The notes below the pieces were generated by a model. It was not told where the DNA came from. It saw only the letters and a list, made by a program, of their open reading frames with translations, and searched no databases. A DNA stretch of 64,000 bases from Torpedo marmorata (taxonomy: Eukaryota): positions 57,350,001 through 57,414,000 of the forward strand of contig OZ360219.1 in assembly GCA_977017645.1 (NCBI GenBank). Direction: 5' to 3'. Position 1 is the first letter of the stretch; each line of letters begins with the position of its first letter. Shown here one piece after another: positions 1-13,871 of this stretch. Both the position numbers and the translations under genes were made by a program.

Positions 1-3000
1 TCTCTCTCTTCTCTTTGTTACAATAGCTTATTGTAAAAGTGAATTATCAACTTAAATTATGGGAAGATTTGTTCAGACTGTTGAACCATTAAGGGTTACA
101 CACAACGTGTATATATAATAGGGTTGAGTTGAAATAGTTTGTTTTGAGTAGGTTTATTGATTATTTCTGAGCTTATTAAATGAAGTTGATATCTGGCTTT
201 TATACATTATGACAAATTGTTGGAGGTTGAAAATTTAAACAGTATTTATGATCCATTCCTACATTAGCTAATAATTGACTATTAATTATACGTAATCTAT
301 GTCATAATGTTGAAATTTGAATGTTTGTCTACATAAGATAAGAGTTTAACTTGCTAATAAGCCGGATTGTACTTCTTGATATTGTTAAAAAATTATTTTG
401 ATGTGGAAAGTTACAATTTTTTGGGGAGTTTTCCCTCAATTTAAAGAGCGAACAACATCTACAGCCGAAGCATTTGGGGTTTAATTTTTTTCTTAGAGCA
501 GATCGCAGCTTTGGTTCTTTATCTTCAGATATGGGGGGGGGGGGGTTGGAAGGGTTTTTTTCTTCTTTTTAGGGATAATTAGGTTTTCATGGTCACCTGC
601 AGGGCATGTTTTGTTTTTTCCATATTTAGCATTGAATCAAAGTTGGAGGTTTTCGGAGTGTCGGCGGATGGAGCATCTAGCTATAACAACTAAAAGTAAT
701 CAACCATTCCGATGACTCCTCCTATTAAAATTATTTAGTGGAACGTAAAAGGCATGAATGGGCCGATTAAACGGCGTAGAGTAATGGCCCACCTCAGACA
801 ATTAAAGCAGATATTGCTTTTTTTTTCAAGAAACCCATATTAGAAACTCTGGCAAAGATAGACTTATGTTCAGCTGGAAGGGGCAATGTTTTCATTCCTC
901 CACGGAAGCTAAAGTTAGAGGAGTTTCTATTTTAATTAATCAAAATATCCCATTTGTACTTCATAATAGTGTTTTAGACAAACAAGGTCTCTTTCAGGTA
1001 AATTACACAATAAGTTGGTTGTATTGACAAATGCTTACGCTCCGAATGTCGATGAGTCGGCATTTTTTAATAAATTTTTCTCAGCTCTGCCTGACTTAAA
1101 TCAATACTCATTGATTTTGGGAGGGGATTTCAACTGTTGTTTAAATACGGTCTTAGATCGGTCTTCCTTGAGACCAACCACACTCTCTAAATCTGCAGTT
1201 GTGATTCAATCTTTCTTATCTAATTTTGGCGTTTCAGACATTTGGCGTTTTTAAAATCCTAATAATAGAGAATATTCCTTCTTTTCAAATGTACATCGTT
1301 CTTATTCTAGAATTGATAATTTTTTAATTGATAATCAATTGATTTCTATGACTAAAACATGTGAATACCAAGGAATAGTTATATCCAATCATGTTCCTGT
1401 TATCTTAACTTTGAATTTTTTGGACATACCTTCTACAAAAAGGCAACGTAGATTTAATACCTTATTACTTGCAGATAAAGAATTTTAAAGCAATATGGAG
1501 AAGCAAATACAATTTTTTTTTTACCACCAACTCTTCCCCAATGATATCTAATTTGATTGTGTGGGATACAATGAATGCCTATTTAAGAGGGCAAATTATC
1601 TCGTATACTGCCAATATTAAGACAACCAATAAGAAAAAGTTGGAATTAATCAGATCAAACAAATTAATGGCTCAAGATAAGAATCCAAATTTATATAAAA
1701 GAGTAGAACTCAAAACTAAATTTGACCTTCTCACTACTTACTCTATTGAACAACAATTGTTGAGGAGTAGGAGCTACTTTTACATACATGGAGAAAAAAA
1801 AAAACTGGTAAATTATTGGCTGGACAGTTAAAAGGAAATTCAGCTAAAAAGCAAATCAGTAAGATTTGGAGGAGTGACGGTAAAATGACTACAGGTCATT
1901 TTGAAATAAATGAGACTTTTAAGGAATTTTATTCTAAACTCTACACTTCAGAATTCGATAATGATATTACTTCTATGATGGATCTGTTCGATCGTTTAAA
2001 TTTACCAACCATTTAACAGGATAAACGCACAAGTCTGGAAGCACCTATTTCTCAAGAAGAAATACTTACAGCTATTTCTTCATTGCAATCTGGTAAAACC
2101 CCAGGACCAGATGGATATCCTGTTGAATTCTATAAATCTTTTTCCAAATGGCTTATACCTCACTTAAGCTCGGTGTTGGATGATTCATTTAGAGAGGGGA
2201 AACTTCCTTCCTCTTTTAATGAAGCAAGTATATCTCTCATTTTGAAAAAGGGAAAGAACCAACTGAGTGTGCTTCTTATAGACCTATTTTAATACTTAAT
2301 GTAGATATGATGATTTTATCTAAAGTTCTTGCTCATAGATTAGAGAATATCTTACCAGTAGTAATTAATACTGACCAGACCAGTTTCAATAAAAATTGAT
2401 ATTCTTATTATAATATACATCGATTATTGAATATTTTATATTTACCTTCTATTCCAACGACTGAATGTGTTCTCTCGTTGGATGCCAAAAAAGCGTTTGA
2501 TCGAGTGGAATGGGAATACATGTTTGCTACTCTAACGAAATTTAATTTCGGTCCAATTTTTATCAAGTGGATTAAACTATTGTACTTATGCCCTAGTGCT
2601 TCAATACGGTCAAATTTACAACAATCAACATTTTTCAGGCTTTATAGGGGAACTCGACAAGGTTGCCCCTTAAGCCCTTTGCCCTGAGTTTGGAACCTTT
2701 AGCAGTTGCTCTGCGTGATAGTAGAGATTTTAGTGGTATAATTAGAAAAGGAATTGAACATAAAGTTTCCTTATATGCAGATGATCTTTTGCTTTTTATC
2801 TCCAATCCTGAGATTTCTTTACCAAGTATACTAACTTTGTTTGCCCAATTTAGTTTGTTTTCAGGGTATAAAATAAATTTTCATAAGAGTGAATTATTAC
2901 CTATGCTAATTTCCCTTTTAAAATAGTCAAAGATCAATTCAAATATTTGGGAATTACAATTACAAGAAGTTGTAAAAACTTATTGAAAGAAAAATTTTCA

Positions 3001-4815
3001 GTATTAATTAACCAGACTAAAGAATTGTTATTGGGATGGTCACCCTTGATCATGACAATGATTGGACGGATTAATGTAATTAAAATGAACATTTTACCTA
3101 AATTTTTGTATATGTTTCAATCTTTACCAATTTTCATTCCTAACATTTATTTTAATTCATTGGATTACATTATTTCCTCGTATATATGGCAAGGTAAACA
3201 GCCCCGTATAAATAAGGCCTATCTTCAAAGGATCAAAAGGAATGGGGGCTTATCTCTTCCAAATTTTAGATTTTACTATTGGGCAGTCAATATATGAAAT
3301 TTATTATTGCTATTACATTTTGATATTTCAGATGATCAACCTGATAAGCAACTGAGTTTAAAAAAAAAAAAAAAAAATTTAGTTATGTTGCCAGTTTTAG
3401 GTTCTTCCTTACCCTTTTCCTTTTTGAAATTTACAGACAATCCGACAATAAGACAGACAGAATATGGGCACAATTTAGGAATTTTTTTTTGCTATCTCAA
3501 TGTTTCTCTTGCTATCCCTATTATAAAGAATCATCTTTTTCAACCCTCTATCTTGGATGCAGGTTTTAAGGAATGGGTTGGATTGGGAATAAAAAGTTTT
3601 AAGGATCTATATATTCGAGGCAATTTCGCTTCATTTGAACAACTAACAGTTAAATTCAACCTTCCTAATAGGCTTTTTTTTTAAAAAAAGATACCTACAA
3701 ATTAGGCATTTTGTTCAGTCCAAACTTTCTTCGAATTCCCGATACCAATATCCTCAATTTATTTTTTGATTTAAAGTGTTCCCATGGTGGATTGATAGCA
3801 ATTATTTATAATAATTTGATGGACCTAAGAATATGTTCAGGGATGGGAATTAAGAATGAATGGGAACGAGATTTGAATACATCAATTTCAGATGAAAACT
3901 GGGATACCATGCTTGATCTGATTAATAATACTTCATTTTGTGCATGACATTGTTTAATACAATTTAGAGTTGTACATAGAATACATATGTCCAAAGTTAA
4001 ACTGTCTCGTTTCTATCCTGATGTTGATCTACTATGTGATAAATGTAAAATTTTTGAGGCCTCTTTGATTCATATGTTTTGGGAGTGTCCAAAACTACAA
4101 GAATATTGGGAACAATTCTTCAAAACTCTATCAGAGATTCTTAGGATTAAATTAGAACTGTGCCTTTTTATTGCTTTGTTTGGTTATTCTCTAGAAGAGA
4201 AGATTTCCTTGAATTCAACTCAAGAAAGAATAGTAGCTTTTACTTCATTGATAGCCAGACGAGCAATTTTGATGAAATGGAAAGATAACTTAGCACCAAC
4301 TCATATGCAATGGATACAGGATGTTAAGTCTTGCTTGAGTTTGGAGAAAATTAGATATAATATCAAAGAGATCAAGGTTGAATTTGACAAGATATGGGGC
4401 CCATTCATGGACTATTATCATAATTTGAATACATAGGCAGGGGTGCTCTGGGGGTTTTCTGTCCGATGTCCGAGAGCCAATACTCGATTCTCTACATATT
4501 GTTTGCTGGTGACCGTGTTTAGTGGGAGGGGCAAGATTAGTATGTTTTTTTTTCTTTTTTCTGATTTTTTTTTTTTTAACAATTAGAAGAGATTGGTTTA
4601 TTTAGATAATCACAACGAATATGTTTCAATATTAGAATATGAGGTGAAGTTCTCAAAGGATTTTCCATTTTATTATTGTGTATAAGACAATGTACAAATC
4701 ATATATGATTCATATCCTGTATTGTATTATATAAAAGTTATGTAACTAATATCTAAACAATATATAACATGTAATATGTCTCTACCAAATTAATAAAAAT
4801 ATTTTAAAAAGAAAG
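1..4815 (+). mobile_element. Degenerate L1/Tx1-clade LINE (ORF2 ~712-4436: APE endonuclease, RT, C-terminal Cys motif)
   Basis: Fragmented ORFs carry WNVKG, GGDFN, GKTPGPDG, SLDAKKAFDRVEW, RQGCPLSP, LYADD and CDKC..HMFWEC. AATAAA and an A-rich tail at ~4792-4815. Confidence 0.92.
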
Positions 4816-4819
4816 AGAG

Positions 4820-5280
4820 AAGGGGCAAAGGCGGGCCACTGGCGCCTTGAAACCAGATGCTCCGGGCAGATGGGGCTCGTAAACCACAGATGGTAACTCA
4901 TCTTGGAGAGGGAAAACTCAGATTTCAAACCTCCGCTGCCTTATGGCTATACCTGCTCACGGGAAAGGCTTTAGGAGTAAACCCCGAGGAAAAATCCGGA
5001 GTTGGAGTCCCGAAAGCGGCTGACTGCTGTACCCAGCATCGGCACGGCAACTCCTGCAATGCTGCTGGCACCAAACTGTATAGACTTTTGTCATTCCTTT
5101 GGACCTGTCATTAGCATGAAGGAGGGGGTCCCACTGCATGGGCAACAGACAGATCTCCATATCAACTCTGCCCTGGCTTGCACCCTGGAGAGGCCACTCC
5201 AGCTTCGCTTTATAGCGTCGGACAACCAGTGACTACCAGAGGCGCAGTACCCATGGTTGACTATGACCAACGGAGGCCAC
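4820..5280 (+). mobile_element. Unclassified GC-richer interspersed repeat, possibly RTE-related SINE or UTR
   Basis: Sharp compositional change against AT-rich flanks; resembles elasmobranch RTE-associated repeats from memory only; no TSD found. Confidence 0.4.
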
Positions 5281-5940
5281 AAAAAATACGAAACATGAAT
5301 CTATCAGATGAATTACATTGAACTGGGGACATGTGACATCAAGTTGGGAAACAAACACTGGAAGCTTGACTAAACCACACATCATTGATTCAGATGCATC
5401 AATATTATTGTTAGATGTTTCTGACATAATTACATGGAATTTACATTTTAATGCAATAGCATCTGTTTTTCAGTACAATAACAACAAATTAGTCATATGC
5501 AGAATACTTAAAAAATTGCAACACAGTTTTCTGATAATCTATTATCTGAACAACAATTCAGATGAATTCTGTGAAGTGCACATCTCATGGAAAATTCAGC
5601 AAGTTTGGAATGTGAAAAGTTTGATACACATTCCAAACTTTATCCAATGGGTTTGGAATGTGTATCAGGTGTTCATACAATGTCCATCAAATTGAGAAAA
5701 ATTATTCCTGAGCTTAACTACAGATACCATCCTTCCAGTAATTTTTCTGCACAATGCTATACACTGAAATTTTGCAGTTTCTCCACTTTCTTCCTGTTGG
5801 AATTAGACTTCAATATTGCCGTTTTCAATAACTTCAAATACAACTGAAAAAAGCTAAATATTAATTTTATTTCACTCTTCATATTACTATTACTGGACAA
5901 GAACAAATTTAATAAAATAAATATTCTCTTTAAAAGAAAT

Positions 5941-7365
5941 AGAACATAACATTACAGAACGGTACAGGCCCTTCAGCCCATGATGTGTTGACCCATATAT
6001 ACCCACCAAAAATAAACTAAACTCTCTCTATTTCATAACCCTTTTTTTCATCTATGTGCCTGTCTAAGAGTCTCTTAAATGCCCCTATTGTTCCAGCCTC
6101 CATCACCACCCCTGGCAATGCATTCCAGGCACCCACAACTCTGTAAATAAAAAAAATTAAAAAAAAATTACCCCTGAAGTCTCACCTGAACTTTCCTCCC
6201 TTCACTTTGTACAGATGTCCTCTGGTGTTTACTATTCCCGGCCCGGGAAAAATGTGCTGATTGTCTACATCAGGGGTGGGCAACCTACGGCCTGTGGGCC
6301 GAATCCAGCCCGCGATCCAAATTTATTCGCCCCGCAACCCAACGCTTAGCAATTAGCTACACTTTTTTTTTTTAAACCCCACCAACATTGGCAGCTTGAG
6401 TGAAAGCAGTTGGTTCAGCTACCGTAGTGCAGTGAATTGTGGGACAATCGAGCGCTTCTGTGCCAGGCGGGCAATGGGATCCGATTTCGAATGGGCAACC
6501 GTTGAGTTTGGAACGTGGGGGTTCGGCTCGCAGGTAACGGGCACTGATGTCATCAGGCCGGCGGGGCCAGCAGGCGAACGAGTGAAGCTAGTGTCCGGAT
6601 CCCACAGGCTGACGGCCAATGTTTACTGGCGGGCGCAGTCAGGGCTTCCCCTGGTCAGCAGGCCACAACCGGTCGGTGCCGCAGGAAATCATTCCGGGAT
6701 GAGGAGGTTAACTTGACCACAGGACAGGGAGGAGCTTCAAGGAAAGGAGGGAGGCAGGCGGAGATAGTGGGCATGGGCTGGGGTGGAGGTTGGTCCAGTG
6801 TGACCTAACGCTAACACCGTTTGCATCATCGTAGTTTTTTGGAAGGAATACGATTGATCTCATTGCTTGAACTTTTTCTGTGGATTGTTTTTTGATAAAT
6901 TATCGTCAGTTGTGTTCATACATTGTACATTATGTACTTCAAGTAGAGACAATTGAAAACTTAAATTACATAATGTCTGTGTTTCAGTATTTATTTCATT
7001 TATGGTAGCATCAGTGCGGCCCGCCGTTCAACCACTGACACACCATCCGGCCCACACATGGTAAAAGGTTGCCCGCCCCTGGTCTACATTATCTATGCCT
7101 CTCATAATTTGTAGACCTCTATTAAGTTACCTCTCATCCTTCTTCACTCCAAAGAGAAAAGCCCCAGCTCTGCTAACCTTGCCTCATAAGACACATTTTC
7201 CAATCCAGGCAACATCCTGGTAAATCTCCCCTGAACCCTCTCCATGGCTTCCACATCTTTCCTGTAATGAGGTGACCAGAACTGAACACAATATTCTAAG
7301 TATGGTCTCATCAGAGATTTACAGAGTTGCAACATTACCTCGCGACTCCGGAACTCAATCCCCCA
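5941..7365 (-). mobile_element. CR1 LINE 3' fragment interrupted by a hAT MITE
   Basis: ORF 7144-7335 RPYLEYCVQFWSPHYRKD..RFTRMLPG; CR1-type 3' UTR at ~5941-6000. Confidence 0.9.
6271..7081. mobile_element. Non-autonomous hAT (Charlie-like) element
   Basis: TIRs CAGGGGTGGGCAACCT / AGGTTGCCCGCCCCTG; 8-bp TSD GTCTACAT at 6263-6270 and 7082-7089. Confidence 0.92.
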
Positions 7366-8037
7366 ATTAATAGCTGTGCAATGCTTTAATAGTCATGTTT
7401 TACATGTCTTAATCCCTACTAACAGGGCAACACATCAACAGATTGTTCAAATAATAGTACAGATTAACTGAATATACAACTAGAATATGCATCAACTCAG
7501 AATAGGTATTCAATATTATAAAAGAATGACCTGATACAATATATCAGTAGTAATAAGGAGTTTGGTCAAGAAGCAGAGCAGGATGGGCAATTGTCAAAAA
7601 TAACACTGACTACAGATACACTTTAAAGCAGGAATGTCTTTACAACTTGTGGACAGTGAAGATGTGGTTATGTGAAAGCTCCAAATCATCCTCAGTCTGA
7701 GGATGGAGCAGAGCTTATTATAATTAATAAAACAAAGATGTACTCTTGAATGATGGGATAAATTAGCGATGTGGAATGTAACATACAAGATCAAAAGAAA
7801 AATGGGTAAAAGGATTCTGAGAAAGCATATAACCTAGAGATACAATAATCTGCAGTCAACAGAATGTAGCAAGTAGAAAGAGCCTGCTTCAGTCACTCTG
7901 AAGACAATCCATCAAAATTCCAAGGAACCTTGCAACAATCATTGTTAAGTATTGCTTCCCTTTACTAGATACAACATAATAAATCTGTGCTCATAACCAT
8001 TACAAGGATGATTCCGGGAATGAAAGGGGTATCATAT

Positions 8038-9030
8038 CAAGTCAAACTTATTGTCATCTCATTGTACAAGTACAACCCGACTAAACAGCATTCGGTCCTC
8101 AGTGCAAAACACGCAGACATAAAACCAGACATAACACACATAGAAAAACAATACATATATGCAGGACAAGTATTCATTTGTATAAATAAATAAATATTGT
8201 TTGGTAAATATGAGAGTCTCAGATGGTTAGTGTGAGCAGTTCCTTTGGTCGTTCAGCATTCTCACTGCCCGTGGGAAGAAGCTGTTCCTCAGCCTGGTGG
8301 TGCAGGCTCTGATACTTCTGTATTTCTTTCCCGACGGGAGCAGCTGAAAGATGCTGTGCGCGGGATGGAAGGGGTCCTCAATGATTTTGCGTGCCCTCTT
8401 CAGACAACGATCCCAGTAGATCACGTCGATGGGAGGGGAGGGAGACTCCAGTGATCCTCTCTGCCACTCTTATGGTCCTGTGGATTGACCTCTGATCCAT
8501 TTCTCTGCAGCAACCACACAACACTGTGATGCAGCCAACCAGGACACTATCGATAGAGCTCCTATAGAAAGTTGACATAATGGTGGCCGGTAGCCTTGCC
8601 CCGCTTCAGTCTTATCAGGAAGTGTAGTCGCTGTAGCGCCTTCCTGAGAAGTGAGGAGATGTTGTGTGTCCACAATAGGTCACAAGTTAAGTGAACTCCA
8701 AGGAACTTGGTGCTCTCCACGACAGAGATGTTGCTGTGCAGTGGAGGGTGGTTGTTCCTGGTCTTCCTGAAGTCCACGATCATCTCCTTCATCTTGTCCA
8801 TGTTGAGACTCAGGTTGTTACTCTCACACCATTTCACGAGATTTTACACCTCTTCTCTGGAGTGCGACTCATCGTTGTTGCTGATGAGGCCAACTACTGT
8901 TGTGTAATCTGCAAACTTGATGACACTGTTGGAGCTGGATCTGGCTATGCAGTCGTGGGTCAGTAGCGTGAACAGGAGCGGGCTGAGTGCACAGCCCTGA
9001 GGTACGCCAGTGCTTAGCGTGATGGTGCTT
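8038..9030 (-). mobile_element. Rex1/Babar-type LINE 3' portion
   Basis: GVPQGCALSPLLFTLLTHDC, KFADYTTVVGLI, LPSGKKYRSIRACTTRLRNSFFP. Confidence 0.9.
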
Positions 9031-9108
9031 GACGTATGAGGAGCGTTTGACAGCTCTTGGCTTGTACTCATTGGAATTTAGGAGAATGAGGGGGAATCTC
9101 GTTGAACA

Positions 9109-12100
9109 AAAGAACTAAGAGCAGGAGTAGGGAATCTGGCCCATCAAGCCTGCTCCGCCATTCAATGAGATTATGGCTGATCTGATGATAGGCTCATCTC
9201 CACCTACCTGCCTTTTCCCCATATCCCTTAATTCCCTTACTATGTAGAAGTCTATCCAACCTTGTCAAATATATTTACTGAGGTCGTCTCCACTGCTTCA
9301 ATGGGCAGCGAATTCCACAGATTCACCACCCTTTGGGAAAAGAAGTTCCTCCTCATCTCTGTCCTAAATTTACTATCCTGAATCTTGAGGCTGTCACCTA
9401 GTTTTGGTCTCCCCTACCACTGGAAACAACTTACATACCTCAATCTTATCTGTGCCTTTCATAATTTTATGTTTCTATAAGATCCCCGCTCATTCTTCTA
9501 AATTCCAGCAAGAACAGTCCCAGACGACTCAATTTCTCCTCAACAGCCAACCCCTTCATCCCTGGAATCAATCTGGTGAATTTCCGCTGCACCGCCTCCA
9601 AAGCCAATAAATCCTTCAAGAAAGGAGACCACAACTGCATGCAGTACTCTCCATGCGGTCTCATCAGTACTTTGTACAGTTGCAGCATAACCTCCCTGCT
9701 CTTAAATTCAATCCCTCCAGCAATGAAGGCCAACATTCCATTTGCCTTCTTGATAGCCTGCTGCACCTGCAAACCAATCTTTTGCAATTCATTCACAAGC
9801 ACTCCCAAGTCCTTCTGCACGTCAGCATGCTGCAATTGCTCGCTATTTAAATATTATGATCTTCCATTCTTCCTTCCAAAGTGGATAACCTCACATATGC
9901 CAACATTGTACTCCATCTGCCAGACCCTTGCCCACTCATGTAACCTATCTATATATCTCTGCAGACTCTCCGTATACTCCGCAATTTGCTTTTCTACTCA
10001 ATTTAGTGTCATCAGCAAACTTAGATACACTACACACTGTCCCCTCTTCCAGATTGTTTATATATACTGTGAACAGTTGCAGGCTCAGCACCAACCCCTG
10101 TGGCAGCCCGCTCACCACCGATTGCCAACCAGAAAAACACCCCTGCACCCCAACTCTCTGCTTTCTATTGGTTAACCAATTCTCTATCTAAGCTAATACA
10201 TCACCCCAAACTCCATGCATCCTTATCTTCTGTACGTCTTTTATGCGGCACCTTCTGAAAATCCTGGTAAACAACATCCATCTGCTCCCCTCTATCTACC
10301 GTGCTCATTATATCCTCAAAGAACTCCAGTAAATTTGTCTAACAGGACTTGCCTTTGCTGAATCCATGCTGCATCTGCCTGATGGATCCATTTCGCTCCA
10401 GATGCCTCGCTATTTCTTCTTTAATGATAGATTCAAGCATTTTCTCAACTACAGATGTTAAACTAACTTGGCTATAGTTCCTGGTCTTTTGCCTACATCC
10501 CTTTTTGAATAGTGGCGTGATTCATCATCTTCCAATCCACCGGAACCTGCCCAGAGTCCAGAGAATTTTGGTAAATTATCACCAAAGCCTCGACTATAAA
10601 GTCTGCCATTTCTTTCAGTACCCTGGGATGCATTCCAGGGGATTTATCTATCTTTAGACCCTCAAGTTTTGTGAGCACAACCTCTTTAGTGATAGCTATT
10701 CCATCCAGGTCCTCACCTCCCATCACATCCATAACATCTGTCTTTGGCATGTTCGACGTGTCCTCCATCGTGAAAACTGATACAAAATAGTCATTCAAAG
10801 TTTCAGCCATTTCCTCATCATCCAATATCAATTCTCCCTTCTCATCTTCCAAGGGTCCAACCTTCACTTTAACCACCCTTTTGTGCTTTATATAATTACA
10901 AAAACCTTTACTGTCTGTTTTTATATTTTGTGCTAATCTTTTCTCATAGTCTACCTTCCCTTTCTTTATTGCTCGCTTCGTGGTTCTTTGTTGCTTCTTA
11001 AAGGTTTCCCAATCTTCTGGTTTCCCACTGCTCTTGGCGACTTTGAACGCATGAGCTTTTAGTTTGATGCCTTCCTTGATCTCCTTAGTTATCCAAGGCT
11101 GGATGCCCCCGCCCTTACTGTCCTTGCTTTTAACTGGAATATACTTCTGTTTAGCACTGTGAAAAATCTCTGAAAGTCCTCCACTGTTCCTCAACTATCC
11201 CTCCATATAGCCTGTGTTCCCAGTCTACCCTGGCCAACTCCTCCCTCATCCCCTTGTAGTTTCCTTTGTTTAGGCATAACACACTTGTTTTAGACCAAAC
11301 TATTATACCCTCCATTTGTATGATAAATTCAATCATACTGTGATCATTCTTTCCAAGAGGATCCCCAACTACAAGATCACTAATTTTACCTGTCTCATTG
11401 CACAGGACCAGATCCAAGATAGCATGTTCTCTTATAGGTTTAGTCACTGCTGTTCAAGAAAGCCATCATGTATGCATTCTATGAAGTCCTCCTCAAGATT
11501 GTCTTGACCAACCTGATTCACCCAATCCATATGCATGTTAAAGTCCCCCATGATAACTACTGCTCCATCCTTACATGCCTCCGATATTTCTTGGCCTGTG
11601 CCACTGTAATGTTGTTATTGGGTGGCCTATAGACAACTCCCACTAGTGATTTTTTTCCTTTTACTATTTCTAATCTCTACCTAAATGGACTCAACATTTT
11701 GCTCCTTAGATCTTACATCATCTCTCACTATTGGCCTGATCTCATCCTTAACTAAGAGCTCTACCCCACCTCCCTTAACTTCCTGCCAGTCCTTCCATAT
11801 TACCTGATATCCTTGGATATTTAATTCCCAATCCTCTCCACCCCACAACCACATTTCTGTAATGGCCACTAAATCATACCCCTTTGTACTGATTTGTGCC
11901 AAAAGTTCACTGACCTTGTTTTGAATACTACGGGCATTCAGATAAAGTGTCCTTATACCCATTGTGCTTTTAAAATCTGGTAATCTTTGCCTCTTTTGCA
12001 CTTGACTTTTATCCCTTCTACTCTTTGCTTTTACTTTTTCCACGCACTTCTCTTTTACTTCATCCATCCCTCTCCAATCTGTTGAACCCACCCCCCTACT

Positions 12101-12113
12101 ATTTAGTTTAAAG
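9109..12113 (-). mobile_element. 5'-truncated CR1 LINE (ORF2 APE + RT, frameshifted)
   Basis: YLNARSI, AITEMW, ILDLVL, KFADDTKL, YCMQLWSP. Confidence 0.93.
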
Positions 12114-12717
12114 TAGGGGGGTGGGTTCAAGATTTCACAATTGAAACATTTTGAATGTTGCAAGGCATGGACAGAGTAGATGTAGAAAGGTTGTTTCCCA
12201 TGGTGGGAGAGTCTAGGACAAGAGGGCACAATTTCAGGATTTAAAGGCATCCACTTATAACAGTGATGCGAAGGAATTTCTTCAGCCAGAGGCGGTAAAT
12301 CTGTGGAAATTATTGCCACAGGTAGTTGTGGAGACCAGGTCATTGGGTGTATTTAAGGCAGAGATTGATAAGTTATTGATTAGCCAGGGCATCAAAGGTT
12401 ATGGGGAGATGGCCGGGCAGTGGGGCTGAGTGGGAAAATGGATCAGCTCAAGATTAAATAGCAGGGCAGACTCAATGGGCTGAATAGCCTATTTCTGCTC
12501 CTATGTCTTATGGTCTTAACTGTACCCAAAGTGGCTCATTGTGATTGCAAACATATGCTGGCAATTAAATGAAAAATTGAACTTGGAAAAGAAATTAGAA
12601 CTGGTGTGGCACTTGCAGCTCTCTTCAGGATCTGAAAGGCTTCATGAATTGCAAGCACCACTACTCCAGGAATGTACAAGACATTGATGACCATGAGAGT
12701 TTAGGGACCTAATCTGA

Positions 12718-13259
12718 CCAAAATATTCTTTATTAAACAAACACAAAAGGGCTACCATCTGTAAAATACCGATTAATCATAACATATAACGTTCCGTTCT
12801 AACATCCCTATAACGTTCAATATAACGGTCCATGTAACGTAACGTGTAGCGTAACTTGTAACTTAACGGTCGACAGAAATTATCGCCGCCTAACTCACCC
12901 TCTTCAGATCGCCAACTGACGACGCGGGCTGGGGAACCTATATTTAACGCGTGAAAAACCGCCCGCGCATGCTCCTTTGGTGGATACACTGGCCCTGGCT
13001 TCAACCGCTTGCTGCCGGGGCTGAGCGCGCATGCGTCACCACTCTCCATGGCGCATGCCTACTGGCGCACACGCTGGCCCCAGCTGAAAGCTGCCGCCGG
13101 GGCCGAGCCAACCGCGCATGCGCCACCATGCTCCTCCAGCACCGTAAACAGTGCTGGCCTTCACACATGCGCCAATGGGAAGAGGCCTACCTACAGATCC
13201 CAGGACACCGCCGTCGCCCGCAGCTACAACAGGTAAGAAACGAGCCTTTGGCTCTTACA
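12718..13259 (-). repeat. 3' LTR
   Basis: Repeat of 16584-17127; starts TGT; TATA-like TTAAATATA; AATAAA near its end. Confidence 0.9.
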
Positions 13260-13871
13260 CCGGCCCCTAATTATTATACTGAGATGTAATGTCTCTAATA
13301 ATAAATACATAATTATACAATCAATTATATAACAATTAATTACATAACTTTCAAAACGTTACGCAGGTCTTCTTTCTTTATCTTTACCCCCACTCTGCAG
13401 TCTGTGTAGTGGGCAAAGTACAAAACACAAAAATCCAACAAAATAAAGTCAGTTTGTACTTATTACAGTTCCTCCATCTTCTGCAGAATCCTTGAGTTAC
13501 AAATGTCTACCAGTAAACCTCAGATCTTCCTCAGACAGAATAGTCACAGCTCCCCTTTTGAGCTTAACACGAGGTACATCTTCAGCATGTTGTTTGGATT
13601 TCTTCCTTTTTCCAGAATTCTGTTTCTCATAGTAAGAATTTGAACTTTTAGAACCAGATTTTGAAGATTTATCTGATCCTCTCGATTTTAATGAACGAGT
13701 CTCTTTAACCTTCCCTGCAACAGGTTTGCTCATCTTTTTCTTTCTTTTCCGCAGTTGGTCATAGACAAGGTAGTAAGATTCAAATGAAATTAGTTCTTCA
13801 AACTCATCAACAGCCACAGCATTTGTAGAATCCTTCCGTAAAGAAGTAGACTGGTTCCACTTATGGCTCCT

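Larger units (their letters stand above)
8001..12518 (+). mobile_element. CR1 3' end split into three pieces (~8001-8037, 9036-9108, 12140-12518) by two later LINE insertions
   Basis: Pieces rejoin to read TRMIPGMKGVSY|EERLTALGLYSLEFRRMRGNL|..GMDRVDVERLFP; tail CTTATGGTCTTA at ~12507-12518. Confidence 0.8.

Noticed and set aside
4820-5280. HDV-like ribozyme in the RTE-like repeat
   Set aside because: I could not fold a nested double pseudoknot by eye.
12777-13289. ORFs within the LTR, repeated at 16643-17095
   Set aside because: Short, GC-driven, broken by an indel between the two LTR copies, no recognisable domain.
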